Positions 59,394 to 64,000 of a stretch of 64,000 nt of DNA are shown one piece after another. Position numbers and translations under genes: made by a program. The notes under the pieces were generated by a model, which saw only the letters and a program-made list of their open reading frames with translations, was not told the origin of the DNA and did no database searches. Source of the DNA: Alphaproteobacteria bacterium UBA3768 (GTDB lineage: Bacteria; Pseudomonadota; Alphaproteobacteria; CAAHEQ01; UBA3637); assembly GCA_002372315.1 (NCBI GenBank), contig DFFU01000027.1, forward strand, positions 7,294 to 71,293. Reading direction: 5' to 3'. Positions within the stretch are counted from its first letter, which is position 1. Each line of letters opens with the position of its first letter.

Positions 59394-60064
59394 GCTTCAG
59401 CAACTTTTTTTTGAAAATTGAGCAATTCCCCATTTGGAATGATAAATATCTCTGAGAGACATCTCCAGCCGTGTTTAAAACACGTTATAGCGAAGGTACT
59501 CAATCATGTGGATGGTTGCTCTGCCGAAACTCCTGTTCGCTGGTGCAGGTATCGCAAAGAATCGGATTTCCCATTGGATTTCCAGTTGGCGATAAACAAA
59601 TAGGACACGTTCTGGTGCAGCCAGAATAGAAAGATGATGCAATGTCTAGCCTTGACAACATCGGTTTGGTTTAGAATCATTCTTATAGTCTTTACCAAAT
59701 GCCCCATCAAACAAGTGGGATGAAGTTCGTAAACGGGATGGCACGAACACATTGAGCAATCAATTATATCCAAATAAGAAGCAACTTGAACCTTTTACCT
59801 TTTGATAGGTAAAAAGGCAACTTGTATCAAAATTCATTCACTTTATAACATGTCTCTTAAATCAATCTACATTAACTTGAAATTAAAAAGCCATCAGGCA
59901 CTACGACAGTAGTAGCCTGAGTGATGAAATGCGTAGCATTTTAGCACCAACAACAGTGATAAAATAACTTTCCAGTGCTTTTAAGGATAAGTATGCCTAG
60001 ATGTAGCCCAATAACTTTTTAGCGTAGAATAATGTGGGGGGATGAGGAGATTTTGAGCTGAAGT
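59394..60064 (+). ncRNA. Candidate large structured non-coding RNA (unassigned)
   Basis: No convincing ORF; about a dozen nested stems including long-range pairs 59453-62/59850-59 and 59394-401/60057-64; G-U pairs favour the + strand. Confidence 0.45.
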
Positions 60065-60153
60065 GATTTTTGCATTTCTTCTTATAGAAAATTATTTTAT
60101 TGACGTAAAAATAAGAATTAGGTATAATCAGTTGCAACAAAAGGAATTATATA

Positions 60154-60531
60154 ATGAAAAATATACTATTTCTTATCTTTTTGTGTTTTGGGATTTCGTG
60201 TTATTCCTATGCCGATGAAGTTTCTATCGCAGGGGCTTTAGAGCACTTAAATGTATTAAAGAAAAACAGAGATGCAGGAATTATAAGCCAAGCATATTTT
60301 AATTCCCATGTCGCAGATTTTGCAGAATCAATTATTACAGGCAATTTAACTTCAATTCTTCTTGATGATAACATCTCGGAAAAAGAAAAAAAGAAAGAAA
60401 TAAAAAAATACATGAACGGCAAAACTGGATATGAGGTTATTGATAATTATATCAGTCCAACCCAAAGAATACAAGCAGTTTCAAAAGTAATTAACTCACT
60501 ATCTCAAGTAAAGGCTTATGAGAATTTGTAA
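60154..60531 (+). CDS. Hypothetical exported protein
   Basis: Signal peptide; TTGACG-N17-TATAAT promoter and AAGGA RBS upstream. Confidence 0.7.
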   Translation: MKNILFLIFLCFGISCYSYADEVSIAGALEHLNVLKKNRDAGIISQAYFNSHVADFAESIITGNLTSILLDDNISEKEKKKEIKKYMNGKTGYEVIDNYISPTQRIQAVSKVINSLSQVKAYENL

Positions 60532-60543
60532 GGTGGAGTAAAC

Positions 60544-60897
60544 ATGATATTGAATGCTATAATTATAAGTTTTGTATTGTGGATAGGATGTGGTTCCCTT
60601 TACACATATGTAAAAGAAAAAAAGAAAAGAGAAGAAATTGATTTTATAAGAAATGAAGCAAGAGAACTTTTTCTATATAGCTATCTGTATTTAAGAGATG
60701 TTATAAGAAATCACAAGAAAGAAGCGTGGGCTAAAAAAGCATTAAAAGAAGTTGCGGAAGCTCATGCTAAGAAACTTATGGATTTAAAGAAATCATATCC
60801 TAAACGACCATATATGATAGATTGGATTATGGATGACAAGAGGGAACAAATAATGTTGAATAGTAAAATCATAGAATTAAAAAACACTGCAGAATAA
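60544..60897 (+). CDS. Hypothetical membrane-anchored protein
   Basis: N-terminal TM followed by a basic stretch; GGAG RBS. Confidence 0.65.
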   Translation: MILNAIIISFVLWIGCGSLYTYVKEKKKREEIDFIRNEARELFLYSYLYLRDVIRNHKKEAWAKKALKEVAEAHAKKLMDLKKSYPKRPYMIDWIMDDKREQIMLNSKIIELKNTAE

Positions 60898-61162
60898 AGC
60901 ACTTAGATGCTAAAACGAATCATTTTACCATCAAAGGGTATACAATAGCTTTAAAAAGAAATAGATTACAACATTTACAATACAAAAAATTAAAAAATAA
61001 CCTTTATTTTTATATATAAGATTCAACAAGTTATAAAAAACATAAAAAAATATGAAAAAAGTGGTTGAGTCTATACGTATATTTTGCTCTAATAAACACA
61101 GCACGAGGCTTTATATACCAAGTGCTGTGAAGATGTTAAAGCTATCTTTTTTAGACAATTTA

Positions 61163-61191
61163 AGCTTAGCCAACTCATCTTCAAATGTCAA
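61163..61191 (-). promoter_or_regulatory. Antisense sigma70-like promoter in the DUF2188 gene leader
   Basis: Minus strand TTGACA-N17-TAAGCT pointing toward hairpin 61097-61129. Confidence 0.5.
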
Positions 61192-61254
61192 GGAGTATTT
61201 TTTCAATAACGAAAGATATGAGACTTTGACCAACTTTTAAATTGGAGATTGACA

Positions 61255-61479
61255 ATGAGTCAAAATCAAATTCATGTTGTTCAGCGAGAAAATGGTTGGG
61301 CGGCTGTTAAATCTGGTAACGAAAGAGCATCTTTTATTGCTCCGACACAAAAAGAGGTAATAGCACGTTCAATTCAGATTGCAAAGACTGAACATAGAGA
61401 ATTGTTTATCCATGGTACCGATGGAAAAATTCGTGAGCGTAATAGTTACGGTAATGATCCATTTCCTCCCAGAGGGTAG
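61255..61479 (+). CDS. DUF2188 family protein
   Basis: HVV..ENGWAAV..GNERAS...TQKE.I..A.....ELFIHGTDGKIRERNSYGNDPFPPRG. Confidence 0.9.
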   Translation: MSQNQIHVVQRENGWAAVKSGNERASFIAPTQKEVIARSIQIAKTEHRELFIHGTDGKIRERNSYGNDPFPPRG

Positions 61480-61487
61480 TTTCTCAG

Positions 61488-61517
61488 TCCCACCAGAAGT
61501 TTCTGGTGGGATTTTTT
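61488..61517 (+). terminator. Rho-independent terminator
   Basis: TCCCACCAGA-AGTT-TCTGGTGGGA-TTTTTT. Confidence 0.8.
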
Positions 61518-61599
61518 CATGATATTTTAAAAGCGTATTTTACCTTGCTTTTTGAACCATAATTGGCTATGATGGAAAAAGTTTAACCCAGGAGGCACT

Positions 61600-62544
61600 A
61601 TGGCACATTTTTGGTATAATTTACGCAATCGCTTCGTAAAGGCATATAATTCTGGTTATTTACCTGAACAAGATGGGCATAAGATTTTCTTTCAAGAGAT
61701 AGGAAATCCCAAAGGTCAACCTGTTATCTGCTTTCACGGTGGTCCAGGAAGTGGTGCTAGGGTATCCTATGCCTACTCATATAATTTAAAAAAGTATCGT
61801 GTTATTATATTTGACCAAAGAGGATGTGGTTTATCAGAATCCAAGGAAGCTTTTAAAGACAATACCATCCAGAAAACTGCCGAAGATGCCAACAGATTAT
61901 TGGATTACCTACAAATTAAAACAAAAGTGGTTGTGGCAGGATGTTCTTGGGGTTCCACTTGTGCTTTGTTTTTTTCTGAGACCTATCCAGAGCGGGTGAA
62001 GAAAATCATTGTAAACGCTATCTTTTTAGCTCGTAAAAAGGATGCAGAATATTTAACACCTATCATTCCTTTATTCTATCCAGATATGTGGGATGAATTA
62101 AAGAAAGTTGCAGGAAAAGAACAACCTGATAAGTATTTTGGAAAGTTGCTTTTTTCTGAAAAGCGTGCCGACCAACAAAAAGCGATGAAGTATTATAAAT
62201 CTTTAGAAAATCAAACCTCTGATGGGGCTTTGTCATATACTTTTGACGGGCGTGAATATACAGATAAAGAAATCCAAAAGTTCCGTATTTTTATGCATTA
62301 TCAAATGAATGACTTTTTCATGAAGGAAAATCAAATTCTTGAAAATGCGAACAAAATCAAAGATATTCCAATGGAAATCTATCAAGACAGATGGGACCCC
62401 TGTTGTCCGATGTATCAGGCGTACGATTTGCATAAAGCCCTGCCAAAATCAAGATTACACCTTATCCCTGTCTTTGGTCATGTTCATGAAAAAATGTTTT
62501 GGAAGATGTATCAGGACAACCTACACGATTATAAAGAAGAGTAA
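61600..62544 (+). CDS. pip: Proline iminopeptidase (alpha/beta hydrolase S33)
   Basis: GNPKGQPV..FHGGPGSG, FDQRGCG.S, GCSWGS, D..CP, GH. Confidence 0.85.
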   Translation: MAHFWYNLRNRFVKAYNSGYLPEQDGHKIFFQEIGNPKGQPVICFHGGPGSGARVSYAYSYNLKKYRVIIFDQRGCGLSESKEAFKDNTIQKTAEDANRLLDYLQIKTKVVVAGCSWGSTCALFFSETYPERVKKIIVNAIFLARKKDAEYLTPIIPLFYPDMWDELKKVAGKEQPDKYFGKLLFSEKRADQQKAMKYYKSLENQTSDGALSYTFDGREYTDKEIQKFRIFMHYQMNDFFMKENQILENANKIKDIPMEIYQDRWDPCCPMYQAYDLHKALPKSRLHLIPVFGHVHEKMFWKMYQDNLHDYKEE

Positions 62545-62547
62545 ACT

Positions 62548-63129
62548 ATGGCTAAATTATACTTTTATTATAGTGTGATGGGCGGAGGAAAGACAACCTC
62601 GCTTTTACAAACAGAATACAATTATTCCAAACAGGGTTTCAAACCATTGATTGTCAAACCAAAACTGGATGACCGTGAAGGTGCTCAAAATGGTTTTGGT
62701 CCTATCCAAAGTCGTATCATAACAGGAAAACACCAAGCCCTGTATGTGGATTCCGTAACGCCTGAAGCCTTAAATGGTATAGATTTTAATATTTTATTGG
62801 TGGATGAAGTCCAATTTTTTAAACCTAATGATATAGAAGCTCTTTCCGACATTGTGGATAAACGGAACATTCCTGTAGTTTGCTATGGTTTGAAAACAGA
62901 TGCCAATGGCAACCTTTTTGAAGGGACTGCGAAGTTATTAGCGATTGCCGATAGTATCAAGGAAATCAAACATATTTGTAGATGCGGTAGCAAAGCGACA
63001 ATGCATGTGCGATACATAGACGGAAAAGTGGATACTTCTGGAGAAGCAATTGCCGTAGAAAAAGGCAATGTGACCTATGAATCCGTCTGCCGCAAATGCT
63101 GGAAGCAAACAAGGGGCATGGAAAGATAG
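62548..63129 (+). CDS. tdk: Thymidine kinase
   Basis: MAKLYFYYSVMGGGKTTSLL, VDEVQF, CYGLKTD, CRCG, YESVCRKCW. Confidence 0.93.
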   Translation: MAKLYFYYSVMGGGKTTSLLQTEYNYSKQGFKPLIVKPKLDDREGAQNGFGPIQSRIITGKHQALYVDSVTPEALNGIDFNILLVDEVQFFKPNDIEALSDIVDKRNIPVVCYGLKTDANGNLFEGTAKLLAIADSIKEIKHICRCGSKATMHVRYIDGKVDTSGEAIAVEKGNVTYESVCRKCWKQTRGMER

Positions 63130-63137
63130 ATTCCCCC

Positions 63138-63183
63138 TTGACTTCTGATACGTTCCTGTCTAAAATGAGAACAAAACAGGAAC
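63138..63183 (+). promoter_or_regulatory. sigma70 promoter with alphaproteobacterial LexA (SOS) box
   Basis: TTGACT-N17-TAAAAT (63138-63166) followed by GAAC-AAAACAG-GAAC (63169-63183), upstream of the Y-family polymerase. Confidence 0.85.
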
Positions 63184-63188
63184 AGATT

Positions 63189-64000
63189 ATGTCTTTAGTC
63201 AAAGAACACGTTATTGCTTTGGTAGATTGCGACTGCTTCTTTGTCAGTTGTGAACGTGTTGATAACCCCAGACTAAATGGTAAACCAGTCTGTGTAACCA
63301 CTGGGGCAACCAGTAAGGGTATAGTTGTGTCCCGTTCCAATGAGGCAAAAGCACTTGGCATTAAAATGGGGCAACCTATGTTTCAACTCAATGGACTTTA
63401 TCCCAGTTGCCATTATATCCCCGCCCGTCATGAACGCTATGCTGAGATTTCTAAACAAGTCATGGCAGTCCTCAGGGACTTCACACCAGAAGTGGAAGAA
63501 GTGTCTGTTGATGAAGCATACTTAGACCTAACTGGCATGAGCAAAATGTATGGTCTAACCTATGAGAATCTGATTAAAAAGATACGCAAAACCATCCTTG
63601 AAAAGACAAAAGTGCCAGTTTCTATTGGACTTAGCACTTCTAAAACACTTGCTAAACTTGCCAGCGATAAAGCCAAGAAAACTGGGGGCATTTTTATCAT
63701 CCATCCCAAGAATGTGCGGGAAATCCTGAAAGATATTGATTTGGAAGAGATTTCTGGAATCAGCCATAAAACTTCAATGAACTTTTGGAAAAAGGGTGTG
63801 ACGAACATTGAAGAGTTTTTGGACAAAGACCCCAGTTGGGTTCGGCAAGCATTTGGTATCAATGGGGAGCGATTACGGTATGAGTTGGCGGGAATTTCAG
63901 TATCGCCCGTAAATCCTGTGGAGGAAGCCCCGCAATCCATTCAAGACACTCGTGCTTTGGAAGATTTTACAGACAGTTTAGAGGTCTTGGAAAGCACTTT
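63189..64000 (+). CDS. Y-family DNA polymerase (DinB/UmuC-like), runs off window end
   Basis: Not in the ORF track. Manual translation MSLVKEHVIALVDCDCFFVSCER...SRSNEAKALGIKMG...SVDEAYLD...SIGLSTSKTLAKLA. Confidence 0.92.
   Translation, partial: MSLVKEHVIALVDCDCFFVSCERVDNPRLNGKPVCVTTGATSKGIVVSRSNEAKALGIKMGQPMFQLNGLYPSCHYIPARHERYAEISKQVMAVLRDFTPEVEEVSVDEAYLDLTGMSKMYGLTYENLIKKIRKTILEKTKVPVSIGLSTSKTLAKLASDKAKKTGGIFIIHPKNVREILKDIDLEEISGISHKTSMNFWKKGVTNIEEFLDKDPSWVRQAFGINGERLRYELAGISVSPVNPVEEAPQSIQDTRALEDFTDSLEVLEST

Larger units (their letters stand above)
52188..64000. mobile_element. Integrative element/genomic island at tRNA-Thr(GGT); right end not in window
   Basis: Tyrosine integrase transcribed toward the tRNA 3' end, arm-like repeats, DUF1281-like gene and accessory cargo; no second att copy seen. 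Confidence 0.7.

Noticed and set aside
59418-59773. ORFs 59418-59603 (+) and 59504-59773 (-)
   Set aside because: Short, TTG starts, no RBS, atypical composition and overlapping each other; likely chance ORFs.
59394-60064. Assignment of the structured region to RNase P RNA, tmRNA, group I/II intron, hammerhead or retron msr-msd
   Set aside because: No GAGGAAAGTCC, no tRNA-like ends, no group II domain V, no complete P7 or CTGATGA/GAAA core, and no reverse transcriptase nearby.
61052-61240. 62-aa ORF before DUF2188
   Set aside because: No RBS, and it runs across promoter and hairpin elements; the region reads better as regulatory.
52188-64000. Prophage call, and a second att copy of the tRNA-Thr 3' end
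   Set aside because: No structural or lysis genes, and no repeat of TCTCCTGCGGCACCA found by eye within the window.

Overview
AT-rich chromosomal window from an alphaproteobacterium, inferred from lpxI, an FzlA-type GST, a GAAC-N7-GAAC LexA box and an alpha-type RpoH promoter. The gene content suggests an uncultured, host-associated Rhodospirillales/RF32-like lineage (inference). Bases 1-52 kb are mostly core genes: mnmG/mnmE/engB/yidC, recG, rluD, ffh-rpsP-rimM-trmD-rplS, tRNA-Leu, sodB, secA, ychF, argS, rho, mfd, trkA, ugd and cdsA-rseP-bamA-skp-lpxD-lpxA-lpxI-lpxB. fabZ and dxr are cleanly missing from their usual positions. Scattered singly among the core genes are three type IV pilin-like genes with an unusual G|R(S/T)M(I/V)E motif, a PilT-like ATPase, a Sel1-PilP-like fusion and an orphan VirB8-like gene. 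Also scattered are several effector-like orphans: two ADP-ribosyltransferase-like, one HopA1/phosphothreonine-lyase-like and one toxin-type HNH, several with basic C-terminal tails. From tRNA-Thr(GGT) at 52.1 kb to the window end lies an integrated element with a tyrosine integrase, arm-type repeats and stress or detoxification cargo. It includes a ~670-nt ORF-poor, densely base-paired segment (59.4-60.06 kb) whose G-U pairs all favour the + strand, the best candidate here for an undescribed large structured RNA. All family calls come from motif recognition by eye; no searches were run.
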